Shown here one piece after another: positions 50,675 through 62,350 of a stretch of 64,000 nucleotides of DNA. The translations under genes were made by a program, and so were the position numbers. A model generated the notes under the pieces. The model saw only the letters and a list, made by a program, of their open reading frames with translations. It did no database searches and was not told where the DNA came from. The first letter of the stretch is position 1. Each line of letters starts with the position of its first letter. Source of the stretch: Pristiophorus japonicus (taxonomy: Eukaryota); NCBI RefSeq assembly GCF_044704955.1, contig NC_091995.1, forward strand, positions 14,012,001 to 14,076,000, read 5' to 3'.

Positions 50675-51545
50675 TGTCTGTCCCTCTCTGTGTGTGTCTC
50701 ACTCTCTGTGTCTCTCTGTCTCTGTGTATGTGTCTCTGTCCCTGTCTGTGTGTGTTGTCTCACTCTCTGTGTTTCACTCTCTGTGTGTCTCACTCTGTCT
50801 GTGTATGTGTATCTCACTCTCTGTGTCTCTCTCTGTGTGTCTCACTCTCTCCGTGTCTTACTCTCTGTGTCTCTCTGTCTCTGTCTGTGTGTGTCTCACT
50901 CTCTGTCTCTCTCTCTCTGCCTCACTCTCTGTGTTTCACTCTCTGTCTGTGTTTGTGTGTCTCACTCTCTGTCTCATTCTCTATCTCTCTGTCTCTGTCT
51001 GTGTATGTGTATCTCACTCTCTCTCTTTCTGTGTCTCTCTCTCATTATCTATCTCTCTTTCTCTATCTGTGTATGTGTCTCACTCTCTGTGTGTCTCTCT
51101 GTGTCTCTCACTCTGTCTCACTCTGTCTCTCACTCTCTTTCTGTCTCTCTCTGTCTTTGTCTCTCACTCTCTGTCTCTGACTCTCTGGCTGTCTCTCTCT
51201 CGCTCTCTCTGTCACTCTCTGTCTCTCTCTGTCTGTCTCTGTCGCATTCTCTCTGTCTGTCTCTGTTTCTCGCTGTCTGTGTATCTCACTCTGTTTGTCT
51301 CTGTCTCTCTGTTTCTCTCTCTATCTTTCTGTCTGTATATATGTGTCTCACTCTGTCTGTCTCTCTCTCTATGTGTCTCTCTGTGTATGTCTCTCTGTCT
51401 CTCTCTGTCTGTCCCTCTGTGCCTCTCTCTCTCTTCTCTCTTCCTCTCTCTCTGTCTCTCTCTCTGTCTCTCTCTCTCTGTGCCTCTATCTGTTTCTCTG
51501 TCTCTCTCTCTGTCTTTCTCACTCTATCTCCTGCTTCTCTTCTTT
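50675..51545. repeat. Low-complexity (TC/TG)n pyrimidine-rich tract
   Basis: About 870 bp of degenerate TCTG/TCTC/TGTG microsatellite. Confidence 0.95.
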
Positions 51546-52227
51546 TTGAGTTTCTCTCTTTTACTAACCCCCGTTATTTTAATGCATGGGCTACTTGGGT
51601 AGTGGTGAAATCTTTGTCTATGGACCACTTGCATTTTTCGGCAGTCATCTCGCACCTAAAGCTACAAATATCAGTCTGGATCGACATATGAAGAGATGTG
51701 GTAATCCTGCCATCGGTGAATACTGAAGGAAGCTCATTGACAAGCGTATAATATTACAGTGGCGGATCCAACAGATGGAATTCGCTGTTCTTAGTTTGAC
51801 AGCAGTGTAAGATATTGTAGCGAAATGCTGCAGAACACACTCGAGCACATATAATGTCAATTATTATGTATTGCAGCCAAACATGTTTCTAGTCATTCTG
51901 GCTCCATCTCATTACTAGAATTTGACATTAGACAATGACGTAGATTGCTCCACTTACCAAACTTAACTTCAGCTCAGTTCGGGTCGAATTAGTTTGACCT
52001 GAGCAGCAACTTTCGAAATAATAGACGCGCATAAATCCAAGATAAGTGATGCGCAGGAAGTAAGAAACGAAACAAAAAGCAGGACATACTGGAAACGCGG
52101 TCAAGCAGCATCTACGTGGGAGAGAGAGAGAGAGAAAAAACCCAAGAGTTAACGTTTCAGAGTCGGTGACCTTGTAGCAGAATTGGAAAAAGCTAAGAGA
52201 TGTCAGAGATTTTAAACAAGTGGAGAG

Positions 52228-53066
52228 GGGCAGGGACTGACATATGAGGAGAGATTGGATCGACTGGGCCTGTATTCACTGGAGTTTAGAAGGATGAGAG
52301 GGGATCTCATAGAAACATAAAATTCTGACGGGATTGGACAGGTTAGATGCAGGAAGAATATTTCCGATGTTGGGGAAGTCCAGAACCAGGGGACACAGTC
52401 TAAGGATAAGTGGTAAGCCATTTAGGACCGAGATGAGGAGAAACTTCTTCACTCAGAGAGTTGTTAACCTGTGGAATTCCCTACCTCAGAGAGTTTTTGA
52501 TGCCAGTTCATTGGATATATTCAAGAGGGAGTTAGATATGGCCCTTACGGCTAAGGGGATCAAGGGGTATGGGGAGAAAGCAGGAAAGGGGTACTGAGGT
52601 GAATGATCAGCCATGATCTTTTTGAATGGTGGTGCAGGCTCGAAGGGCAGAAAGGCCTACTCCTGCACCTATTTTCTATGTTTCTAAACATATAAAATTC
52701 TGACGGGACTGGCCAGGTTAGATGCAGGAAGAATGTTCCTGATGTTGGGGAAGTCCAGAACCAGGAGACACAGTATAATGATAAGGGGTAAGCTATTTAG
52801 GACCGAGATGAGGAGAAACTTCTTTCGCTCAAGAGAGTTGTTAACCTGTGGAATTCCCTACCTCAGAGTGTTGTTGATGCCAGTTCATTGGATATATTCA
52901 AGAGGGAGTTAGATATGGCCCTCACGGCTAAGGGGATCAAGGGGTATGGAGAGAAAGCAGGAAAGGGATACTGAAGTGAATGATCAGCCATGATCTTATT
53001 GAATGGTGGTGTGCAGGCTCGAAGGGCCAAATGGCCTTCTCCTGCACCTATTTTCTATGTTTCTAT
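52228..53066 (+). mobile_element. Two tandem CR1 3' fragments
   Basis: ORF 52334-52597 and a second copy from about 52685, each with a TTTCTATG tail. Confidence 0.88.
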
Positions 53067-53354
53067 CTTAAAAAGGTTGGTGTAGGAAGTAGAGGAAAGA
53101 ACAAAAGGGAAAGTCTGTGAAAGGGTGCAGGGCAGGAGGGATTACGTGACAAAAGGGGTGATGGTACGAGGGAAAAGGAGATGGCCAGGGGACAAGGAGC
53201 CAAGAGGTGTTTTGTGCAAGTGAGGGGCACAAAGGTGGCGGGCCAGGGAGGGGGCGTGGCCCAGCGCCGGGTTGGCTCTCGCTCGCCCGCCTTGAGCCTT
53301 TATATAAACGGCGGCTGCCGGCGCCCCGCCACATCGCCAGGCAATCGAGCAGCG

Positions 53355-53975
53355 ATGGCTGATACCGTGGCTGCCAAAGCCGAGCTCCCGGCGCCGCCCG
53401 CTCCCGCCCTGCCGCTCGCCGCCACCAGCGCCTCGGCGCTGGCCCCTGCCGCCAAGAAGAAGGCCGCCTACCGGCCGCAGAAAGGCGTCGCCGCCGCGGT
53501 GGCCGAGCAGATCCTGGAGGCGGTGGCTGCCACCAAGGAGCGCCAGGCGGCCCCCAAGCTGGGCTCCCTGAAGAAGACCATCTCGGCCTCCGGCTACGAG
53601 CCGCCGGACAAGGCCGGCGTCCGGCCCTCCCAGTCGGTCAGTACCACGGCCAACAAGGGTTCGCCGGCGGAGAGCGGCGCCGGCACTTCCTCGACCTCGC
53701 TGCACCCGGACCGAGAGGAGGAGGAGGACGGGGGGGAAGAGGAGGCCGAGGGAGGAGAAGACGGGGCCAAAGGAGGCGCCAAGAGCAAAGGAGCCGCCAA
53801 GAAGCCGGCCCGCAAGAGAGCGGCGGCCGCCAAACCCGCCGCCCACAAACGCGCCAAGAAGCCGGCGGCCAAGAACTCCCGCAAGGGCGCGGCGGCCAAG
53901 CCCAGAAAAGCCCCCAAGAGGTCCGCATCCTCCCGGACTGGGGGGCGGAAACGACGGGCCCCGAAGAGGAGGTAG
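53355..53975 (+). CDS. H1-derived protein D with eroded globular domain and acidic tract (206 aa)
   Basis: AVAEQILEAVAATKERQ...LGSLKKTISASGYE recalls H1 helices 1-2; Lys/Ala/Pro tail; GC box at about 53251, TATATAAA at 53301; stem-loop. Confidence 0.85.
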   Translation: MADTVAAKAELPAPPAPALPLAATSASALAPAAKKKAAYRPQKGVAAAVAEQILEAVAATKERQAAPKLGSLKKTISASGYEPPDKAGVRPSQSVSTTANKGSPAESGAGTSSTSLHPDREEEEDGGEEEAEGGEDGAKGGAKSKGAAKKPARKRAAAAKPAAHKRAKKPAAKNSRKGAAAKPRKAPKRSASSRTGGRKRRAPKRR

Positions 53976-54010
53976 ACGGCCCAGCAGCGACCGAGCGTCT
54001 CAACACAAAA

Positions 54011-54026
54011 GGCTCTTTTCAGAGCC
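54011..54026 (+). terminator. Histone 3' stem-loop (H1-derived D)
   Basis: CAAAA-GGCTCTTTTCAGAGCC-ACTCA followed by AAGGAGCTG. Confidence 0.95.
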
Positions 54027-54344
54027 ACTCACATTTCCGCTATAAGGAGCTGAATCACTTCGCTGGAAAATCCCACTTTCTGTGCAATGATGCGGAGCGA
54101 ATGCGCGGCACAATTTAAATCTCACCAAATGTACATTTTATTGCAGACAAATAGTATTACTACATCCAGCTGACCAAAATAAACACGAGCGAAGCAAATG
54201 CATCAATAATATAAATAGTGCCTGCTGAGTGTCCAACCTTTTCTGTTTGTATTTTAGATTTCCAGCATCCGCAGTATTTTGGCCATTTGAAGCAAAATGA
54301 ATCAATATCTTGGCGTTTTATTTGGTGCGGATTCACACTCCATT

Positions 54345-54925
54345 ATCAGGCAGATTGAGAACGTTTCATGAAATTAAATGAAATATCACTAAATATTCTT
54401 AATTGAATAATCTGCACCTTTCTAATATTTTTAGAAATAATGGAAAATACGTTTATTGATTTTTAAAGAAAATATTTACTAAATATACTTAATTGAATAC
54501 TCTGCATCTATTTTTAAGAATGTAACACTGAAATTAAATTAAATATTTACTAAATATACATAATTTTTATAGTTTGAGAAATAATGGAACACAAGATAAC
54601 TTTACTGAAATGAAATAAATTAAATAGTTAATTGAATAATCTTTACTTATTTTTATATTTTTGTTAATAGAATACAGGACGTTTACTTAAAAGAAATATT
54701 TACTAAATATAGTTAATTGGAAATCTGCATTTATTTTTATATTTTTGTTAATACAATACAGGACAGCGTTTACTGGAATTAAATATTTACTAAATATTCT
54801 TAATCAGCACCTAATTTTTCATATTTTTTGAAATCATGGAATACAGGAAAACGTTTACTGAGATTAAATTAAATATTTACTAAATAATTGAATAACCTTC
54901 ACCTAATTTTTATATTTTTGGATAT
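54345..54925. repeat. Degenerate AT-rich tandem repeat (unit roughly 70-100 bp)
   Basis: AAATATTTACTAAATA...TAATTGAATA...CGTTTACT recurs about 6-7 times. Confidence 0.7.
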
Positions 54926-54949
54926 AAAATAGAAGAAGCGGTAAATCTC

Positions 54950-55056
54950 AGCCCCAATCTGCCGCTGCACAGAATCAATCCTCTTATAGGTCCAATACTA
55001 ACAGCTCGCTAAGCCAATCAGAAAGCGGATTTACGATTCCCTGAAATACTATAAAA
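54950..55056 (+). promoter_or_regulatory. H2A promoter: three CCAAT boxes and TATA
   Basis: CCAAT at 54954, 54992 and 55014; TATAAAA at 55050. Confidence 0.75.
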
Positions 55057-55112
55057 GCAGGAGCCGCGGCGCTTGGCAGATCATTTTCTTGCTGCGGGTT
55101 CAGAAAATCTAA

Positions 55113-55511
<399 letters not shown>

Positions 55512-55536
55512 AGACTACAATCAATTGAACCACAAA

Positions 55537-55552
55537 GGCTCTTTTAAGAGCC
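55537..55552 (+). terminator. Histone 3' stem-loop (H2A)
   Basis: CAAA-GGCTCTTTTAAGAGCC-ACCAC followed by AAAGAAC. Confidence 0.95.
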
Positions 55553-56287
55553 ACCACCTCTTCTAAAGAACTTAATCCAGATGATAAGAATTAGGAACAG
55601 GAGTAGGCCATCTAGCCCCTCGAGCCTGCTCCGCCACTCAACAAGATCATGGCTGATCTGGCCGTGGACTCAGCTCCACTTACCCGCCCGCTCCCCATAA
55701 CCCTTAATTTCCTTATTGGTTAAAAATCTATATCTGATTTGCATACATTCAATGAGCTAGCCTCAACTGCTTCCTTGGGCAGAGAATTCCACAGATTCAC
55801 AACCCTCTGGGAAAAGAAATTCCTTCTCAACTCGGTTTTAAATTGGCTCCCCCGTATTTTGAGGCTGTGCCCCCTAGTTCTAGTCTCCCCGACCAGTGGA
55901 AACAACCTCTCTGCCTCTATCTTGTCTATCCCTTTCATTATTTTAAATGTTTCTACAAGATCACCCCTCATCCTTCTGAACTCCCAACGAGTAAAGACCC
56001 AGTCTACCCAATCTATCATCATAAGGTGACCCCTCATCTCCGGAATCAGCCGAGTGAATCGTCTCTGTAACCCCTCCAAAGCCAGTATATCCTTCCTTAA
56101 GTAAGGTGAACAAAACTGCACGCAGTACTCCAGGTGCGGCCTCACCAATACCCTGTACAGTTGCAGCAGGACCTCCCTGCTTTTTGTACTCCATCCCTCT
56201 CGCAATGAAGGCTAACATTCCATTCGCCTTCCTGATTACCTGCTGCACCTGCAAACTAACTTTTTTTGGAATTCATGCACAAGGTCC

Positions 56288-58579
56288 TCTGCGCGCTTTC
56301 GGGTTCGGGACGCATTTCGTCGCCCGGATCCGACTTTTGTACGCCGCCGCGGAGTGTCTGATTAAGGTTAACGGGTCCTTGACGGCGCCCCTTCGCTTTA
56401 GGAGAGGGGTGCGCCAGGGATGCCCCATGTCCGGCCAGTTATACGCCGTTTGCGTGGAGCCTTTCCTGCGCCTCCTGCGGACGAGGTTGACGGGACTGGC
56501 TCTGCAAGGGCCGGGCGTGGAGGTCGTCCTCTCGGCTTACGCCGATGACGTGCTCCTCGCGGTAGAGGATCCCGCTGACCTGCGGAGGATGCGTGAGTGC
56601 CAGGAGATTTACTCGGCCGCCTCCTCCGCCAGGATCAACTGGGAGAAATGTTCCGGACTCCTGGTGGGTTAGTGGCGGGTGGACTCCCTGCCGGAGGAGC
56701 TCAGGCCTTTTGCCTGGAGCACGACCCATCTCCTCTATCTGGTAGTCTACCTTAGCCCCGACGAGGGAGCCTGGCCGGCGAACTGGCAGGAGCTGGAGGC
56801 CAAGGTCGCCGCTCGCCTAGGGCGCTGGACAGGACTGCTCCGAGTGCTGTCCTACAGGGGTCGAGCGCTAGTCATAAACCAGCTGGTGGCAGCAATGTTG
56901 TGGTACCGGCTGGTCACTTTGACCCCTCCCCCTGCGTTTGTCGCCAAGATACAGAAGAAGCTGGTGGACTTCTTCTGGAACAACAGGAAGCACTGGGTCT
57001 CTGCCGCGGTCTTGAGTCTCCCGCTTGAGGAGGGCGGTCAGTCGTTGGTGTGCGTCAGCACCCAGCTCGCGACTTTCCGTCTTCAGACCCTGCAGAGATA
57101 CCTTTACGTCGAGCCCCCTCCTAGGTGGTGTGCTCTGGCGAGGTATTTCTTCCGCCAGCAGCGCGACCTCAATTACGACACGCAGCTCCTGTTTGTGAAC
57201 TTGGGGGGTGCCAGGACCGCCCTCCGGGAGCTGCCTGTCTTTTACAGGGAACTCATCAGGGTCTGGAACAAAGTCTCCACCAAGCGCAGCTCTCCGCCGG
57301 CTGGAGTGGCGGCTGTCCTGCAGGAGCCGCTGCTCGGGAATCCGTACCTCCACGACCGAGGTTTTATGTGGCGGTCGGAAGAGAGGGCTGTGGCTGGTGA
57401 GGTGACCAGGGTCAGGGACCTGCTTGATGGCGGAGGAGCGGGCTGGATGGCGCCAGGCACGCTGGCGCGGCGCCTAAATTCAGCCGACGTCCGCCGCGCG
57501 GCCGAAGCCATCGAGTCGCTAAAAACAGCTTTGGGCCCTGACTCTGTTAGGTGCATCAAGGAGGCTCAAGCACGTGGGGAGATCCCGTCCGAACTGACCC
57601 CCGTCCGGACGGAATTCCTCATTGGCGCCAAACCCCGGAACCTCCCTCGGGGGCCGGCGCCTCACAACTTGAGCCGCCTCGGGGAAATCCCCTCCGTGCC
57701 TTTCAGTTCCGCGCGGAGGGGTTTCCTGTACGGGCTGCTCCTGCACACCCTCAACTTTGCCATCCTCGCCGGCCGTCCGGACACGCCATGGCATACCATC
57801 TTGCCGTCCGGAGGGCACTCTACGCAAGGGTCCTCCCACTATTTGTCGGGGACTTGGCCTGGAGGGTGGTGCACGGAGCAGTGCCGTGCAATAAATTTTT
57901 AAGCCGGTTCACGGACTCCCAGGCCGCCTGCAATTTCTGCGGTCTGGAGGAGTCCGTGTTCCATGTTTTTATTGAGTGCACGAGGTTGCAGCCCCTGTTC
58001 CATTATTTGAAAGGGCTGCTCCTGAAATTCTGGCTGCACTTCAGTCCCACTCTCCTGATCTTTGGGCACCCTGTGCGGAGGGGAGCGGGTAGGTCCGAGG
58101 GCCTCCTCGTAGAACTGCTCCTGGGCACGGCCAAGGGTGCCATCAGCCGGTCCAGGCAGCGGGCGGTCGAGGGGGTCGTTCAACCTGACTGCCTGCCTCT
58201 CTTCCGCTCTTACATCCGGTCCAGGGTGTCCTTGGAGATGGAGCACGCGGTGTCCACCGGTATGCTCGTGGCCTTCCGCGAGAGGTGGGCACCGGAGGGA
58301 CTGGAGTGCATCATCACGCCCGGCAACCAAATTTTAATTTGATTTTACGTTTTAAAGTTTAATTTGTTTTAATTGCTGGTGCTTTTAGTGTTCCCCTCCT
58401 CTTTTATAGGGGGCACTGGGGGAAAAATGTGATTTTAGTGCCCAAAAAAAAACCAAAAAAAAAAAAGAAAAACACAAAAAAAAAGAAGAAAAAAAGGGCC
58501 TTGTAAATGTCTGGTGTGTCATCCAGGTCGGGTGGCACGGTTTAATGTTTTATGTTTTACAGGTAAACTCCAAAAGAGT
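56288..58579 (+). mobile_element. Tx1 (L1-clade) retrotransposon, 5'-truncated copy 1
   Basis: RGVRQGCPMSG, SAYADDV, INWEKCSG, zf-RVT CNFCGLEESVFHVFIEC; one stop and one frameshift; structured 3' UTR. Confidence 0.9.
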
Positions 58580-58590
58580 TTCATGCACAA

Positions 58591-59732
58591 AGTCACGCTA
58601 GCGCGGCGCCTAAATTCTGCCAACGTCCGCCACGCGGCCGATGCCATCGAGTCGCTAAAAGGCGCTCCCGGCCCCGACTCCGTTAGGTGCATCGAGGAGG
58701 CTCAAGCACGTGGGGAGATCCCGTCCGAACTGACCCCCGTCCAGACGGAATTCCTCATCGGCACCAAACCCCGGAACCTCCCTCGGGGGCCGGCGCCTCA
58801 CAACTTGAGCCGCCTCGGGGAGATCCCCTCCGTGCCTTTCAGTTCCGCGCGGAGGGGTTTCTTGTACGGGCTGCTCCTGCACACTTTCAACTTTGCCATC
58901 CTCGCCTGCCGTCCAGACACGCCATGGTGTACCATCTTGCCGTCCGGAGGAGGCGGGGGTCCCCGATGGAGGGCACTATACGTGGGAGTCCTCCCAGTAT
59001 TTATCGGGGACTTGGCCTGGAGGGTGGTGCATGGAGCAGTGCCGTGCAATAAATTTTTAAGCCGGTTCATGGGCTGCCAGGCCGCCTGCAATTTCTGCAG
59101 TCTGGAAGAGTCCGTGTTCCATGTTTTTATGGAATGCACGAGGTTGCAGCCCCTGTTTTATTATTTAAAGGGGCTGCTCCTGAAATTCTGGCTGCACTTC
59201 AGTCCCACACTCCTGATCTTTGGGCACCCTGTGCGGAGGGGAGCGGGTAGGTCCAAGGGCCTCCTCGTAGGACTGCTCCTGGGCACGGCCAAGGGTGCCA
59301 TCAGCCGGCCCAGGCAGCGGGCGGTCGAGGGGGTCGTTCAACCTGACTGCCTGCCTCTCTTCCGCGTGTACATCCGCGCCAGGGTGTCCTTGGAGATGGA
59401 GCACGCGGTGTCCACTGGTACGCTCACGGCCTTCCGCGAGAGGTGGGCACCGGAGGGACTGGAGTGCATCGTCACGCCCGGCAACCAAATTTTAATTTGA
59501 TTTTATATTTTTAAGTTAATTTGTTTTAATTGCCGGTGCTTTTAGTGTCCCCCTCCCCTTTTATAGGGGGCACTGGAAAAAAAATTTGATTTTAGTGCCC
59601 AAAAAAAAAAAGAAAAACACAAAAAAAAAACACAAAAAAGGAAAAAAAGGGCCTTGTAAATGTCTGCTGTGTCATCCAGGTCGGGTGGCACGGATTAATG
59701 TTTTATGTTTTCAGATAAACTCCAAAAAGAGT
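58591..59732 (+). mobile_element. Tx1 retrotransposon, 5'-truncated copy 2
   Basis: Diverged copy of the ORF2 C-terminus and 3' UTR of copy 1. Confidence 0.9.
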
Positions 59733-60994
59733 TTCATGCACAAGGTCCCTCTGCACCGCAGCATGTTGTAATTTCGCCCCATTCAAATAATATTCCCTTT
59801 TACTGTTTTTTTTTCCAAGATGGATGACCTCACATTTTCCGACATTGTATTCCATCTGCCAAACCTTAGTCCATTCGCTTAACCTATCTAAATCTCTCTG
59901 AAGCCTCTCTGCATCCTCTACACAACCCGCTTTCCCACTAATCTTTGTGTCATCTGCAAATTTTGTTACACTACACTCTGTCCCCTCTTCCAGGTCATCT
60001 ATGTATATTGTAAACAGTTGTGGTCCCAGCACCGATCCCTGTGGCACACCACTAACCACCGATTTCCAACCCGAAAAGGACCCATTCATCCCGACTCTCT
60101 GCTTTCTGTTAGCCAGCCAATTCTCAATCCATGCTAATACATTTCCTCTGACTCCGCGTACCTTTATCTTCTGCAGTAACCTTTTGTGTGGCATCTTATC
60201 GAATGCCTTTTGGAAATCTAAATACACCACATCCATCGGTACACCTCTATCCACCATGATCGTTATATCCTCAAAGAATCCCAGTAAATTAGTTAAACAT
60301 GATTTTCCTTCATGAGTCCATGTTGCGTCTGCTTGATTGCACTATTCCTATCTAGATATCCCGTTATTTCTTCCTTAATGGTAGCTTCAAGCATTTTCCC
60401 CATTACAGATGTTAAACTAACCGGCCTATAGTTACCTGCCTTTTGTTTGCCCCCTTTTTAAAACAGCGGCGTTACATTAGCTGCTTTCCAATCCACTGGT
60501 ACCTCCCCAGAGTCCAGAGAATTTTGGTAGATTATAACGAATGCATCTGGTATAACTTCCGCCATCTCTTTTAATCCCTGGGATGCATTTCATCAGAACC
60601 AGGGGACTTGTCTACCTTGAGTCCCATTAGCCTGTCCAGCACTACCCCCCAGTGATAGTGATTATCTCAAGGTCCTCCCTTCCCACATTCCCGTGACCAG
60701 CAATTTTTGGCATGGTTTTTGTGTCTTCCACTGTGAAAACCGAAGCAAAATCATTGTTTAAGGTCTCAGCCATTTCCACATTTCCCATTATTAAATCCCC
60801 CTTCTCATCTTCTAAGGGACCAACATTTACTTTAGTCCCTCTTTTCCATTTTATATATCGGTAAAAGTCCTGGTTATATTTTGGCACGTTATTAGTAAAT
60901 TATTTCAATGGGGAGAGATTACAAAATGCTGTGGTACAGAGGGATCTAGGGACCTTGTTCATGAAAACCAAACGTTAACTACAAGGTAATTATA

Positions 60995-62350
60995 ACATAA
61001 GAAATAGGAACTGGAGTAGGCCATAAGGCCCCTCGAGCCTGCTCCGCCATTCAATAAGAACATATCTGATCATGAACCCAGCTCCACTTCCCTGCCTGTT
61101 CCCCATAACCCCTTATCACCTTATCGTTTAAGGAACTATTTCTGTCTTAAATTTATTCAATGTCCTAGCTTCCACAGCTCTCTGAGGCAGCGAATTCCAT
61201 AGATTTAGAACCCTCTGAGAAAAGAAATTTCTCCTCATCTCAGTTTTAAATGGGCGGCCCCTTATTCTAAGATCATGCCCTCTAGTTCGAGTCTCCCCCA
61301 TCAGTGGAAACATCCTCTCTGCATCCACCTTGCCAAGCCCCCTCAAAATCTTACACATTTTGATAAGATCACCTCTCATTCTTCTGAACTCCAATGAGTA
61401 GAGGCCCAACCTACTCAACCTTTCCTCATAAGTTAACCCCCTCATCTCCTGAATCAATCGAGTGAACCTTCTCTGAACTGCTTCCAAAGCAAGTGTATTC
61501 TTTCGTAAATATGAAAACCAAAACTTCACGCAGTATTCCAGGTGTGGCCTCACCAATACCCGGTATAGCTGTAGCAAGACTTTCCTGCTTTTATACTCAA
61601 TCCGCTTTGCAATAAAGGCCAAGATTCCATTGGCCTACCCGATCACTTGCTGTACCTGCATACTAACCTTTTCTGTTTCATGCACAAGTAACCCCAAGTC
61701 CCGCTGTACTGCAGCACTTTGCAATCTTTCTCCACTTAAATAATAACTTGTTCTTTGATTTTTTTTCTGCCAAAGTGCATGACTTCACACTTTCCAACTG
61801 CCAAATTTTTGCCCACTCACTAAGCCTGTCTATGTCCTTTTGAAGATTTTTTGTGTCCTCCTCACACATTGCTTTTCCTCCCACCTTTGTATCATCAGAA
61901 AACTCGGCTACGTTACACTCGTTCCCTTCTTCCAAATCATTAATATAGATTGTAAATAGTTGGGGTCCCAGCACTGATCCCAGCGGCACCCCACTAGTTA
62001 CTGATTGCCAACCCGAGAATGAACCATTTAGCCCGACTCTCTGTTTTCTATCCACGCTAATATATTACCCCCAACCCTGTGAACTTTTATCTTGTGCAGT
62101 AACCTTTTATGTGGCACCTTGTCAAATGCCTTCTGGAAGTTCAAATACACCACATCTACTGGTCCCCCTTTATCCACCCTGTTCGTTACATCCTCAAAGA
62201 ATTCTAGTAAATTTATCAAACAAGACTTCCCCTTCATAAATCCATGCTAACTCTGCCTGACCGAATTTTGCTTTTCTAAATGTCCTGCTACTGCTTCTTT
62301 AATAATGGACTCCAACATTTTCCCAACCACAGATGTTAAGCTAACTGGTC
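60995..62350 (-). mobile_element. CR1 LINE fragment
   Basis: ORFs 61128-61622, 61678-62055 and 62028-62237. Confidence 0.88.

Larger units (their letters stand above)
55585..60870 (-). mobile_element. CR1 LINE split by Tx1 insertions (pieces 55585-56287 and 59733-60870)
   Basis: The RT reading ...VQRDL(V)HE / SKKVSLQVQQVIRKANG continues across the Tx1 block. Confidence 0.85.

Noticed and set aside
50451-51691. Long Leu/Ser/Cys/Val ORFs (up to 383 aa)
   Set aside because: Artefacts of a TC/TG low-complexity tract that lacks stop codons.
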